A model generated the notes under the pieces. It ran no database searches. It was not told the origin of the DNA and saw nothing but the letters and a program-made list of their open reading frames with translations. Source: Thermosediminibacterales bacterium (GTDB lineage: Bacteria > Bacillota > Thermosediminibacteria > Koleobacterales > JARRCM01). From it: a stretch of 64,000 nt of DNA. A program made the position numbers and the translations under genes. This document shows, one piece after another, positions 27,527 through 37,826 of this stretch. The DNA is taken from assembly GCA_029982205.1 (NCBI GenBank), contig JARRCM010000002.1, forward strand, positions 20,296 to 84,295. Reading direction: 5' to 3'. Position 1 is the first letter of the stretch. Each line of letters starts with the position of its first letter.

Positions 27527-29268
27527 AAATAATAGATACTTCTAAGGCTAAATGTAAAAACTGTTACAGATGTGTCAGGCATTGCCCTGTTAAAGCAATC
27601 AAAATAAAAGATGGGCAGGCAGAAGTGGTTGAAGAAAGATGTATATTATGCGGAATCTGCCTGCTTCAATGCCCCCAAAACGCAAAAAAAATACGTAATG
27701 ACCTTGATAGAGTTAAAAAACTCGTTTCTTCTAATGAAAAAGTTGTTGCATCAATAGCTCCATCATATCCTGTGTCTTTTGATGTAGAATCTCCCGAACA
27801 GATGTTTAGAATACTTAGAAATCTTGGTTTTGACGCGGTGGAAGAAACGGCAGTTGGAGCAGAAATAGTCTCAAAACAATTAACTAAACTCAGACAGGAT
27901 GAATACCAAAAACCAATAATCACCACCGCATGCCCTGTAGTAAAAAACCTTATAGAGAAATACCATCCAAAACTGTTAAACTTAATGCCCCCTGTTGTTT
28001 CTCCCATGATTGCCCACGGGAGACTTATCAAAAAAAGATATGGTCAATCTACAAAAGTCGTGTTTATCGGGCCGTGTGTTGCCAAAAAAGCCGAGGCAGA
28101 AGATACTTCTGTCAAAGGTGATATTGATGCTGTTTTAACATTTGAAGAGTTGAAGAATTGGATAAATGAGAAAGGTGTCAGTATTCAGGATAAAACTGAA
28201 TCTAGCAGCGACACGCTTTTTCCAAATCATGCAAGAACTTATCCTCTCCCTGGCGGCCTATTAAAAACTTCCAGGATAAAAAACGACATTCTTTTAAAAG
28301 ACATATTGGTTGTAGACGGCATAAAAAATTGCTTGGATGTTTTAAATTCTCTTGAAAAAGGCGAAATACAAACAGGCTTTATTGAAATTCTGGCATGTAA
28401 CGGCGGCTGTATTGCCGGTCCAGTTATAGGCTCTCATGACTCGGTGTATAAAAGGAGGCAAAGGCTGCTGGAATTTATTGAAAAAAACAAGAAAAACTAT
28501 TCAAATAAAAACATAACTGATGGGTTAGAAATTGATTTAAGCAGGAGTTTTGAGCCAAAAGTTTTCAAGGCTGAAAAACCAGGGCATAAAACGGTAAAAC
28601 AAATTTTAAAATCCATTGGCAAGATGACACCTGAACAGGAATTAAATTGCGGTGCCTGTGGATATTCTTCTTGCAGGGAAAAAGCTGAAGCAGTCTATCA
28701 GGGTATGGCAGAACTGGATATGTGCATTCCTTATATGAGGTCAAAAGCAGAGTCCCTTGCAAATATAATTATCGATTCCACTCCTAATGGAATAATCCTT
28801 GTTGACAATAAGCTTAATGTCCAGGAAATAAATAAATCCGCCGAAAAGCTGTTTAAAATAAAAAAGGGCGAGGTTAAGAATAAGCCATTAAGAACGATAA
28901 TCGACGATACAGATTTTGCATCTGTTTTGAAAACACATATTCCTATTTTCGGTAAAAAAGTATCCTACCCAATGTATTCTTTAACAACTACTCAAACAAT
29001 TTGTTATATCAAAGAACATGATTTGATTCTTGGAATCATCATTGATATAACAAAACAGGAACAGCAGGAAAAAGAATTTCAAAAAGTAAGAGAAGAAACA
29101 TTAGAAAAGGCTCAGGAAGTTATAAACAAGCAGATGAGAGTTGCCCAGGAAATTGCAGGGCTTCTAGGCGAAACAACCGCAGAAAGTAAAATGCTTTTAT
29201 TAAAACTAATGAACCTTGTAAAAAAAGGAGAGAATCAGAATGACAGTCTTCACCGAAGCAGTTTATAA
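27523..29268 (+). CDS. hydS: Putative sensory [FeFe]-hydrogenase (HydS / HfsB-like): 2x[4Fe-4S], H-domain, extra Cys4 motif, PAS domain
   Basis: 581 aa with CKNCYRCVRHCP and CILCGICLLQCP. Variant H-cluster motifs are TTACP (27922-27936), GPCVAKKAE and EILACNGGCIAGP. It also has CGACGYSSC-x16-C, then a PAS-like segment (STPNGIILVDNKLNVQEINKSAEKLF). Confidence 0.8.
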   Translation: MKIIDTSKAKCKNCYRCVRHCPVKAIKIKDGQAEVVEERCILCGICLLQCPQNAKKIRNDLDRVKKLVSSNEKVVASIAPSYPVSFDVESPEQMFRILRNLGFDAVEETAVGAEIVSKQLTKLRQDEYQKPIITTACPVVKNLIEKYHPKLLNLMPPVVSPMIAHGRLIKKRYGQSTKVVFIGPCVAKKAEAEDTSVKGDIDAVLTFEELKNWINEKGVSIQDKTESSSDTLFPNHARTYPLPGGLLKTSRIKNDILLKDILVVDGIKNCLDVLNSLEKGEIQTGFIEILACNGGCIAGPVIGSHDSVYKRRQRLLEFIEKNKKNYSNKNITDGLEIDLSRSFEPKVFKAEKPGHKTVKQILKSIGKMTPEQELNCGACGYSSCREKAEAVYQGMAELDMCIPYMRSKAESLANIIIDSTPNGIILVDNKLNVQEINKSAEKLFKIKKGEVKNKPLRTIIDDTDFASVLKTHIPIFGKKVSYPMYSLTTTQTICYIKEHDLILGIIIDITKQEQQEKEFQKVREETLEKAQEVINKQMRVAQEIAGLLGETTAESKMLLLKLMNLVKKGENQNDSLHRSSL

Positions 29269-30430
29269 GAGCTTAACAAAAAAGGGTGAAGAACTTTGCG
29301 GGGATAATGTAGCGATAACCAGAACTGAGGATTCCGTAATAGTGGTAATGGCTGATGGGCTTGGGAGCGGCGTCAAGGCTAACATACTGTCAACACTTAC
29401 AACGAAAATAGCATCTACAATGATGGAAAAGCAGGCATCTATCGAAGAAGTTGTTAATACCTTGGCTGAAACACTCCCTGTCTGTAAGGTTAGAAAACTA
29501 GCTTATTCAACTTTTACAATACTTAAAGTTGAAAACAACAACGGGAATGCGTATCTATACGAATTTGGCAACCCTGATGTAATTTTTCTTAAAAACAGCA
29601 GACTTACTCAACTGCCTAAAAGCTCTTTGAAAATCCATGGCAGAGAAATAAGAGAAGCAAGATTTGTGCTTAAACCTGGGGATAAACTTTTTATGATAAG
29701 TGATGGTGTAGTTCACGCTGGAGTCGGTGAGATATTAAACCTTGGATGGCAGTGGCCTAATGTCGCAGCTTATTTAGAAAGACTTGAACACACCAAGAAA
29801 CACCGCATTTCAGAAATGGTTAACCTCCTTATTAAAGCCTGTAATCAAATGTATGCTGGTAAACCAGGTGATGACACGACAGTTGTTGGAATTCAGATAA
29901 AACAACCCCAGTATTTAACAATTTTTACTGGGCCGCCGGAAGATAATACAAAAGACAAAGAAGTGGTAGAAAAATTAATCAAAAGTAAAGGAAAAAAGGT
30001 TGTTTGTGGCGGAACCGCTGCAAATATTGTATCAAGAGAAACTGGGAAAAAAATAATCACTAACATTGATTCATATGAGTTTGATCCAGGCATACCTCCT
30101 ACAGCTGAAATTGAAGGTATTGACCTTGTAACAGAAGGGGTATTGACCCTCAGCAGATGTGTGGAAATATTAGAAAATTTTCAGGATACCAATACATCGG
30201 ATACTGATTTTTTAGAAACTATAAGCCGAAAAAAAGATGGAGCCTCCCGGTTGTTGAATCTTTTGCCAAATGAATCAACACACATACATTTTCTCGTTGG
30301 CCGGGCGGTTAATTCTGCTCACCAAAATCCTAATCTGCCAAGGGATTTAACCATTAAAATTAAAGTGGTGAAAGAATTGATAAACCTTTTAAGTAAATTA
30401 AACAAAAAGATTACTATTGATTATTATTAA
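29240..30430 (+). CDS. PP2C/SpoIIE-family serine phosphatase with a C-terminal domain of unknown function
   Basis: 396 aa with VVMADGLGSGVKANILS and FMISDGVVHAG (PPM motifs). ATG is preceded by GGAGAG. It overlaps the hydS-like gene by 29 nt. Confidence 0.8.
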   Translation: MTVFTEAVYKSLTKKGEELCGDNVAITRTEDSVIVVMADGLGSGVKANILSTLTTKIASTMMEKQASIEEVVNTLAETLPVCKVRKLAYSTFTILKVENNNGNAYLYEFGNPDVIFLKNSRLTQLPKSSLKIHGREIREARFVLKPGDKLFMISDGVVHAGVGEILNLGWQWPNVAAYLERLEHTKKHRISEMVNLLIKACNQMYAGKPGDDTTVVGIQIKQPQYLTIFTGPPEDNTKDKEVVEKLIKSKGKKVVCGGTAANIVSRETGKKIITNIDSYEFDPGIPPTAEIEGIDLVTEGVLTLSRCVEILENFQDTNTSDTDFLETISRKKDGASRLLNLLPNESTHIHFLVGRAVNSAHQNPNLPRDLTIKIKVVKELINLLSKLNKKITIDYY

Positions 30431-30617
30431 TAACTGATTATTAAATCAGATTTCGCAAATTGAAACATAATTTATATCTTTGTTTTTTATCACCAAAACT
30501 TTTCCATTAATACCTTAAATATCCAAATAAATAAAAAGCTTAATTCCGTATTATAAAACTGCTGGAGGAGAAAATATATACATGTAATAACAAACCAGTT
30601 TCTATTTATTAAGTGAG

Positions 30618-31654
30618 GTGCTGCTATTGCCAAACTATATACCAAAACGGGTGTTTTTTGAACAAGAGGCTTTGGAATATCCCGCGGGAAAATATCTTTA
30701 CAAACATTTTAAAAATTTGGGCAAATCTGAAATCAAATTACTTAAATCTCATAACCGTGTAACTGAAATACCCGGAAAAACTCCCCAGGAATGCTACGTA
30801 GAGGGGAAAAACACTCTAGTAGTAGGAGTTAGAAAAACTCTGGATTTTGAAAAATGTAAACCCTCTGCTCATTATCAGCTTCCCCTTGTAACAGCTGTAT
30901 AGGCAAATGTGAATATTGTTATCTGAACACCCGCCTAGGCAAAAAACCATATGTAAGGATTTATGTAAATATTGATGAAATTCTTGATAAAGCAGAACAA
31001 TATATCAAACAAAGACTGCCTGAAACAACTCTTTTTGAAGCATCAGCAACTTCTGACCCCATACCTGTTGAACCTTACACGGGGGCATTATCCAAAACGA
31101 TTAAGTTTTTTGCAAATCAAGACAAAGGAAGGCTACGATTTGTAACCAAGTTTACCGATGTTGATTCATTATTAGATATTCCTCACAACGAACACACCAC
31201 CATAAGATTCAGTCTAAACACACAAAAAATAATTAAAAAATATGAACACAATACCCCTAATCTAATTCAACGGATTAAAACCTCTAAAAAAGTAATTGAG
31301 GCCCACTACCCAATAGGATACTTAATAGCCCCAGTAATCACGGAAAAAGAATGGAGGAGGGATTACGAATCCCTTCTCCAAAAACTTTCTGAGTTTTTGG
31401 GAGATGCTAAAACAAAGGAAATTCATTTTGAAATAATATCACACAGATTTACAAAGGCTGCTAAAAGGATTATCCTTGATGTATTTCCTAAAACTCAGCT
31501 TCCAATGGATGAGAATAAAAGAAAATTCAAATATGGACAATTCGGTTATGGAAAATATGTTTATAGTAAAGAAGAACTAGATGAAATAAAAAATTTTTTC
31601 CATACAAAAATCCAAAAATATTTTCCTAACTATAATATAGAATATATCATCTAG
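30618..31654 (+). pseudogene. splB: Spore photoproduct lyase, interrupted by a 1-nt frameshift at ~30894-30896
   Basis: Frame 1 (30618-30902) ends ...HYQLPLVTAV*. The next frame (30896-31654) reads CIGKCEYCYLNTRLGKKPYVRIYVNIDEIL... through to the stop. Together they rebuild a full SplB with the radical-SAM CxxxCxxC. The start could instead be the TTG at 30627. Confidence 0.8.
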
Positions 31655-31704
31655 TTCGCTTAAAATAAACTTTATATGTTAATATAACAGCTGGCCCCGC
31701 ATAA

Positions 31705-32991
31705 TCATAGTCTAATAGATGGCCTGGGGGACAAGTTTCTCCCTATATCCTTGCGGTAATGAACATTATCAAATTTAATTTTGTTTACACCTTCATATGC
31801 TTTGTCAGCGGCCTCTTCAAGTGTTTTACCAAGCCCCGTAACACCGAGTACCCTGCCACCATTTGTTAAAACCTGGCCATCTTCTTTTCGGCTTCCCGCA
31901 TGAAACACAATAACATCATCAATAGTTTCAGCATCACTCAAACCGTTGATGACTTTACCTTTTTCATACTTACCGGGATATCCGCCTGAAGCCATTATAA
32001 CACATACGGCTTTTTTATCACTCCAGCTCAGTTTGATTTCATTGAGCCTGTTTTCCGAAACAGCCAGCATAACCTCCACCAGATCGTTTTCCATTCTGGG
32101 TAATACCACCTGGGTTTCCGGGTCGCCGAACCGACAGTTAAACTCCAGTACTTTAGGCCCCTGTGAAGTAATCATAAGCCCGGCATACAGCACACCTTTA
32201 TATGCCCTGCCTTCTCTGCCCATGGCTTCAACAGCCTTATGGAGTATTTCTTTTTCCACAATACTTGCAAGCTCTTCACTATAAATGGGTGAAGGGGAAA
32301 AAGCACCCATGCCTCCTGTGTTGGGCCCTTTATCATTATCAAATACTCTTTTGTGGTCCTGAGCACTAACCATAGGCAATACGGTCTTTCCATCAGTAAA
32401 AGCCAGAATCGAAACCTCGCGGCCTTCAAGATACTCCTCAATGACAATCCTATCACCCGCTTTACCAAAAACCTTTTCACCCATTATTTTTTTAACTCCA
32501 TCTACTGCTGTCTGTTTATCCACTGCAACTATCACGCCTTTTCCCGCAGCAAGCCCGTCAGCCTTAACCACTACGGGAGGTGTGATTTTTTCCAGGAAAC
32601 TTAGGGCTTCATTCAAATCTGTAAAAGTTTCATATTCTGCGGTAGGGATGTTATATTTTTTCATAAGACTTTTAGCAAATATTTTGCTTCCCTCTATTTC
32701 TGCTGCAAGTTTATTTGGACCAAAAATTTTTAAGCCTCTTTTATCAAATTCATCTGCGATCCCCATGGTGAGTGGAGCCTCAGGGCCTACTACCGTAAGG
32801 TCAATCTGCATTTGTTCGGCAAAATCAGCAAGCTTATGTATCTCTTCAGGCTTAATATCGACACATTCTGCCATTTGAGCTATACCGGCATTGCCGGGGG
32901 CACAGAATATCCTGTCAACCATCGGGCTCTGGCTTATCTTCCATACAAGCGCATGTTCACGCCCACCACCGCCTACTACGAGAACTTTCAT
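31705..32991 (-). CDS. purD: Phosphoribosylamine--glycine ligase
   Basis: 428 aa, MKVLVVGGGGREHALVWK..., ATP-grasp fold. Confidence 0.95.
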   Translation of the reverse strand: MKVLVVGGGGREHALVWKISQSPMVDRIFCAPGNAGIAQMAECVDIKPEEIHKLADFAEQMQIDLTVVGPEAPLTMGIADEFDKRGLKIFGPNKLAAEIEGSKIFAKSLMKKYNIPTAEYETFTDLNEALSFLEKITPPVVVKADGLAAGKGVIVAVDKQTAVDGVKKIMGEKVFGKAGDRIVIEEYLEGREVSILAFTDGKTVLPMVSAQDHKRVFDNDKGPNTGGMGAFSPSPIYSEELASIVEKEILHKAVEAMGREGRAYKGVLYAGLMITSQGPKVLEFNCRFGDPETQVVLPRMENDLVEVMLAVSENRLNEIKLSWSDKKAVCVIMASGGYPGKYEKGKVINGLSDAETIDDVIVFHAGSRKEDGQVLTNGGRVLGVTGLGKTLEEAADKAYEGVNKIKFDNVHYRKDIGRNLSPRPSIRL

Positions 32992-33118
32992 CTCCGTTAG
33001 CCTCCTTTTTTTCTTTTTTTATGAAACGGGAAGAACCGTCCCCTTTGTTCCACGCGGAATGCTCTTGCTAGCGCAGCTGAAGGTTTTTGCCTAAAACATA
33101 AATCTAAAGATAGAATTA

Positions 33119-34675
33119 TTAATGTTTAAAATGCCTTATCCCTGTGAACACCATCGCTATCCCTGCTGCATTAGCAGCCTCAATTGACTCTTTATCCCTT
33201 ATAGAACCACCCGGTTGTATTATGGCGGTTATGCCCGCTTCTGCAGCTGCTTCAACCACATCGGCGAACGGGAAGAAAGCATCTGAGGCCAGAACCGCAC
33301 CCCGAGCTTTTTCTCCGGCCTGTAAGATTGAATACTTTGTAGGCCATATCCGGTTAACCTGTCCCGGGCCTACCCCTACTGTTTGTAAATTTTTCACCAG
33401 AACAATCCCGTTAGATTTAACATGTTTGACAACCTTCCAGCCGAAAAACAGGTCTTGCCATTCCCGCTCATCAGGCTCTTTTTCTGTAACTACTTTCAGT
33501 TTTTCTTTATCGAGGTCAACAACATCTGCCTCCTGGACTAAAAGGCCTCCGGCTACCCTTTTCATGTCTAAAGTTTCCTGCTCTCTCGTGCTGTATTGCA
33601 AATCCTCAAGTCTCAGCAGACGAATGTTCTTCTTCTGTTTCAAGACTTCTAGAGCTTCAGGTTCAAAATCAGGAGCTACAACTATTTCTATAAATATCTT
33701 GTTTATTTCTTCGGCTGTTTTTTTATCAACTGGCCGGTTAAAGGCAAAAATACCGCCAAATATAGATACGGGGTCGGCTTCAAACGCTTTTTTATAAGCC
33801 TCATATACAGTCTCTCCTGACCCCACCCCGCATGGGTTGGTATGTTTTAGCCCTACAACAGTAGGCTGTGTAAACTCTTTTACAAGCTCTACGGCAGCGT
33901 TTGCGTCATTGATGTTGTTAAATGAAAGCTCCTTGCCGTGGAGCTGTTCTGCCCTAACCAGGCTTCCCCTGGGCTTAATAACCTCCCTGTAAAAACAGGC
34001 CTTCTGATGAGGGTTTTCCCCGTATCTTAATTCCTGCTGTTTTTCAAAAGTAATGGTGAAAAGTTCAGGAAACTCACACCTGCCCAGCTGTTTTCTTAAG
34101 TAATCAGCTATCAAAGCATCATAATGGGCGGTATAACTGAACACTTCAAGAGCAAGTTCCCGTTTGGTTTTTAGTGAAATATCTCCGGTCTGCTCTATTT
34201 CTTCTAAAATGGAACTATATCTTTCAGGGTTTATTACAACTGCTACATCCTGGTGGTTTTTCGCTGCTGCCCGAATCATAGTCGGGCCGCCTATATCTAT
34301 GTTTTCAATGGCCTCTTCAAAAGTAATTCCCTCTTTTTTGATTGTCTCTTTGAATGGGTAGAGGTTTATTACCAGAAGGTCTATCGGCTTTATGTTTAGT
34401 TCATTCAGCTGATTCATGTGTTCCTTGTTTTCCCTTACTGCAAGTATTCCACCATGTATTTTAGGATGCAGGGTTTTGACCCTTCCATCTAGAATCTCGG
34501 GAAAACCTGTAACATCAGATACCGGAATTACAGAAACGCCTGATTCTTTGAGGAGTTTAGCCGTTCCTCCTGTTGATAAAATTTCCACTCCCAGTTCTTC
34601 AAGTTTTTTAGCAAACTCAACAATTCCCGTTTTATCAGATACGCTTATTAAAGCACGTTTTATCAATAACAGCAC
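33119..34675 (-). CDS. purH: Bifunctional AICAR transformylase / IMP cyclohydrolase
   Basis: 518 aa with the N-terminal MGS-like [25 protein letters not shown] and the C-terminal AICARFT domain. Confidence 0.95.
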   Translation of the reverse strand: MLLLIKRALISVSDKTGIVEFAKKLEELGVEILSTGGTAKLLKESGVSVIPVSDVTGFPEILDGRVKTLHPKIHGGILAVRENKEHMNQLNELNIKPIDLLVINLYPFKETIKKEGITFEEAIENIDIGGPTMIRAAAKNHQDVAVVINPERYSSILEEIEQTGDISLKTKRELALEVFSYTAHYDALIADYLRKQLGRCEFPELFTITFEKQQELRYGENPHQKACFYREVIKPRGSLVRAEQLHGKELSFNNINDANAAVELVKEFTQPTVVGLKHTNPCGVGSGETVYEAYKKAFEADPVSIFGGIFAFNRPVDKKTAEEINKIFIEIVVAPDFEPEALEVLKQKKNIRLLRLEDLQYSTREQETLDMKRVAGGLLVQEADVVDLDKEKLKVVTEKEPDEREWQDLFFGWKVVKHVKSNGIVLVKNLQTVGVGPGQVNRIWPTKYSILQAGEKARGAVLASDAFFPFADVVEAAAEAGITAIIQPGGSIRDKESIEAANAAGIAMVFTGIRHFKH

Positions 34676-34726
34676 CTCCTAACTGTTGTTCCCTTTTATC
34701 TACCCTGAAAGGCACACTTTGCACAC

Positions 34727-35353
34727 CTACTTCAGTATCTTCACCTTTCGCCCTTCTATCCGAAGCCTACCTTCAATAAAAAGCTTAATGGCCTCAGGAT
34801 AAAGCCTGTGTTCAACCTTTAAAACCCGCTCTGCCAGGGTGTCAACTGTGTCATCTTCCATTACCGGAACCGCCTCCTGAAGGATGATGGGCCCTGTATC
34901 AGTACCTTCATCAACGAAATGCACTGTAACACCTGTAACTTTAACTCCATAATCCAGGGCTGCTTTATGTACCTTTTTCCCATAAAACCCCCTGCCGCAG
35001 AAAGACGGTATAAGGGATGGATGGATATTCATAATTCGATTTCTAAATGCCTCTATAAATTCAGAGGTTAAGACTTTCATAAATCCAGCGAGAACCACGA
35101 GGTCAACCTTATAGCGTTGTAAAACTTTAATCATGGCTTTTTCGTATTCTGCAGGGCTTTCATAATCATCCGGGCCTATATAAAATTCAGGTATGTTATG
35201 TTTTCTGGCTCGCTTAAGGGCAAAGGCATCCTTTCTGCTTGATATCACTACAGCAATTTCGGCATTTAACTTTTTAGAGTTTATGCTGTCAATTATTGCC
35301 TGAAGGTTGGTTCCACCGCCGGAAACAAGTACCCCTAATTTAAACGTGCTCAA
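34727..35353 (-). CDS. purN: Phosphoribosylglycinamide formyltransferase
   Basis: 208 aa with [14 protein letters not shown] and NIHPSLIP. Confidence 0.95.
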   Translation of the reverse strand: MSTFKLGVLVSGGGTNLQAIIDSINSKKLNAEIAVVISSRKDAFALKRARKHNIPEFYIGPDDYESPAEYEKAMIKVLQRYKVDLVVLAGFMKVLTSEFIEAFRNRIMNIHPSLIPSFCGRGFYGKKVHKAALDYGVKVTGVTVHFVDEGTDTGPIILQEAVPVMEDDTVDTLAERVLKVEHRLYPEAIKLFIEGRLRIEGRKVKILK

Positions 35354-36402
35354 ATTAATACCTCCCTGTCTCCGTTTTTTACTTCTCCTATCACTACAGC
35401 ATTTTCGCCCTGTTTTTTTAGATGGCTTAAGACCCCGTCTGTTTCTTCAGGTGAAACCACAAGAACCATGCCTATGCCCATATTAAACGTCCTGTACATT
35501 TCCCTTTCTTCAATTTCCCCTGTCTCCTGAATCAATCTGAATATTGGTTGAGGCTCCCAGCTCTCCTTGTTTATAACCATCGCTTTTCCTTCAGGTAAAA
35601 TCCGGGGAAGGTTTTCAAAAAAACCTCCTCCGGTAATATGTGCAATACCTTTTATGTTAAATTTATCAAAAAGCCCCGTTACACTCCTTACGTAAATCCT
35701 GGTAGGTTTTAAAAGCTCTTCCCCCAATGTCTTGCCCAATTCTTCTATGTATGTTTCTGGTTTGAGATTTTCTATATGGAAAAATATTTTTCTTACAAGG
35801 GAAAAACCGTTGCTGTGAAGCCCGGAAGAGGAAATACCTACGACAACATCAGAGTCTTTTATTGTTGAACCGTCGATTATTTTATCTCTATCCGCTATCC
35901 CTACTGCAAACCCCGCCAGATCATATTCATCTTCATCATAAAACCCCGGCATTTCGGCAGTCTCTCCGCCGATAAGGGCACATCCGGCTTGTCTACAGCC
36001 TTCAGCAATTCCTTTTATGATTTCAGCTGCCTTTTCCGGAACGAGTTTTCCTGTGGCTAAATAATCCAGGAAAAACAGCGGTTCTGCTCCACTGCACAAA
36101 ATATCATTCACACACATAGCCACACAGTCCTGCCCTACTGTATCATGTTTATCCATCATAAAAGCGATGGAAAGCTTTGTTCCCACTCCATCCGTTCCGG
36201 AAACCAGTACCGGGTTTTTTAGGTTTTTCAAATCTAGAGCAAAAAGTGCCCCAAACCCTCCAATATCTGTGATAACTTCAGGCCGAAAAGTAGACCTGAC
36301 ATGCTGGTGCATCAGTTTGACCGCCCGGTTGCCGGCATCTATGTCTACACCAGAATCTTTATAGGATAATCTTTTTTTCACTGATTCATCCCCTCTCAAC
36401 AT
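35350..36402 (-). CDS. purM: Phosphoribosylformylglycinamidine cyclo-ligase (AIR synthetase)
   Basis: 350 aa with [11 protein letters not shown] and GTDGVGTK. The true start may be the internal GTG ([14 protein letters not shown]). Confidence 0.95.
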   Translation of the reverse strand: MLRGDESVKKRLSYKDSGVDIDAGNRAVKLMHQHVRSTFRPEVITDIGGFGALFALDLKNLKNPVLVSGTDGVGTKLSIAFMMDKHDTVGQDCVAMCVNDILCSGAEPLFFLDYLATGKLVPEKAAEIIKGIAEGCRQAGCALIGGETAEMPGFYDEDEYDLAGFAVGIADRDKIIDGSTIKDSDVVVGISSSGLHSNGFSLVRKIFFHIENLKPETYIEELGKTLGEELLKPTRIYVRSVTGLFDKFNIKGIAHITGGGFFENLPRILPEGKAMVINKESWEPQPIFRLIQETGEIEEREMYRTFNMGIGMVLVVSPEETDGVLSHLKKQGENAVVIGEVKNGDREVLI

Positions 36403-37826
36403 TTTTCAAAGAGGTATTTATCACCTTCCCCTGGGACTTCTATACAGTATTTTCCACAGAAACAACCGGCACAGAAAGTCTCCCGGGGAAGCCCTGTAGA
36501 TTTAATAAGCCCTTCTAAACTTAAATACCCTAAACTATCGGCTTTTATGTGTTTGCATATTTCTTCCACAGAATACTGTGCACCGATAAGTTCTTTTCGG
36601 GTTGATGTATCTATGCCGAAATAACACGAGTGGGTAATTGGGGGCGAGCTTACCCTTACATGTACTTCTGCAGCCCCTGCATCTTTGAGCATTTGAACAA
36701 TCTGCCCGCTGGTGGTTCCTCTTACAATAGAATCATCTACCATCACAAGACGTTTGCCTTTTACAGCACTTTTGAGGGCATTGAGCTTCAGTTTAACACC
36801 CAACTGCCTAATGACCTGACTAGGTTGAATAAACGTTCTTCCTATATACCTGTTTTTAATAAGCCCTATTCCGAAAGGTATACCTGACTCTTCAGCAAAA
36901 CCCATGGCCGCCACGGTTCCGGAATCGGGAACACCTATCACAAGGTCAGCATCAGCCGGGTGTTCTCTTGCAAGTATACGCCCTGCTTCCAGCCTTGCCA
37001 TATGAACACTGCTGCCGTCTATTATACTGTCAGGCCGGGCAAAATATACAAACTCAAAAATGCATAAAGCCTTCTCCACATCGTTAAACACCTTTTTAGA
37101 CTCGATTTTATTTTCATCTATAACTATCATTTCACCCGGCTCTACATCCCTTATAAAATCAGCACCGATTGTATCAAACGCACAGGACTCTGAAGCCAAA
37201 ACATATGCTCCATCCAGTTTGCCAAGGGAAAGAGGTCTAATGCCTTTAGGGTCGCGCAGCCCGATAAGCTTATCATCTGTCATTATAATAAGGGCATAAG
37301 AACCCTTCAGCCTGTACATGGCTTGTGTCACGGCTTCCTCAATACCGTTAGAGCCCCTGGCAATGAGGTTGGCTATTACTTCACTGTCAATTGTGGTTTG
37401 GAAAACTGTTCCCTGCTGTTCCATTTCCTTTCGAAGTTCGAAGGCATTCACAAGATTGCCGTTGTGGCATAAGGCCATTGAACCTTTACGATATCTCACC
37501 ACAAGGGGCATGGCATTAACTATATTTGTTGAACCGGTTGTTGAATACCGCACATGGCCGACAGCAATTTTCCCTTTTAAAGAATCTAAAACTTCCTTGC
37601 TGAATACCTCAGGTACCAGCCCCATACCTTTATGGACATTTATTTTTTCACCATCAGAAACAGCAATACCTGCACTTTCCTGACCGCGGTGCTGCAGAGC
37701 ATAGAGGGCATAATATGTTAGACGCACCAGGTCTTTTTTGCCTTCAGGGTCATATATTCCAAAAACACCACATTCTTCATGCATTTTATCATCTAATCCA
37801 TTATACATTCCAGCTTCCCCCGCCAT
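36396..37826 (-). CDS. purF: Amidophosphoribosyltransferase
   Basis: 476 aa with the [10 protein letters not shown] catalytic Cys, a PRPP motif and a C-terminal Cys cluster (4Fe-4S type). The true start is probably an internal Met (37808 or 37784), because the longest ORF overlaps purL by 34 nt. Confidence 0.95.
   Translation of the reverse strand: MAGEAGMYNGLDDKMHEECGVFGIYDPEGKKDLVRLTYYALYALQHRGQESAGIAVSDGEKINVHKGMGLVPEVFSKEVLDSLKGKIAVGHVRYSTTGSTNIVNAMPLVVRYRKGSMALCHNGNLVNAFELRKEMEQQGTVFQTTIDSEVIANLIARGSNGIEEAVTQAMYRLKGSYALIIMTDDKLIGLRDPKGIRPLSLGKLDGAYVLASESCAFDTIGADFIRDVEPGEMIVIDENKIESKKVFNDVEKALCIFEFVYFARPDSIIDGSSVHMARLEAGRILAREHPADADLVIGVPDSGTVAAMGFAEESGIPFGIGLIKNRYIGRTFIQPSQVIRQLGVKLKLNALKSAVKGKRLVMVDDSIVRGTTSGQIVQMLKDAGAAEVHVRVSSPPITHSCYFGIDTSTRKELIGAQYSVEEICKHIKADSLGYLSLEGLIKSTGLPRETFCAGCFCGKYCIEVPGEGDKYLFEKC

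Noticed and set aside
32992-33118. The 127-nt purH-purD gap, examined for a ZTP (pfl) riboswitch or a terminator.
   Set aside because: There is no CCGCCUGGGC-type pseudoknot sequence and only weak 4-bp hairpins. I treated it as a plain spacer.
33144-33797. Long antisense ORFs inside well-supported genes. Examples are 33144-33797 (+) in purH, 55477-56169 (+) in moaA, 42846-43397 (+) in the purine permease, 23978-24433 (-) in hydB and 58922-59392 (+) in moeA.
   Set aside because: They lie fully inside genes with clear family motifs on the other strand. Their translations are low-complexity (Ser/Pro/Thr/Ile-rich) and lack RBS context. These are typical shadow ORFs.
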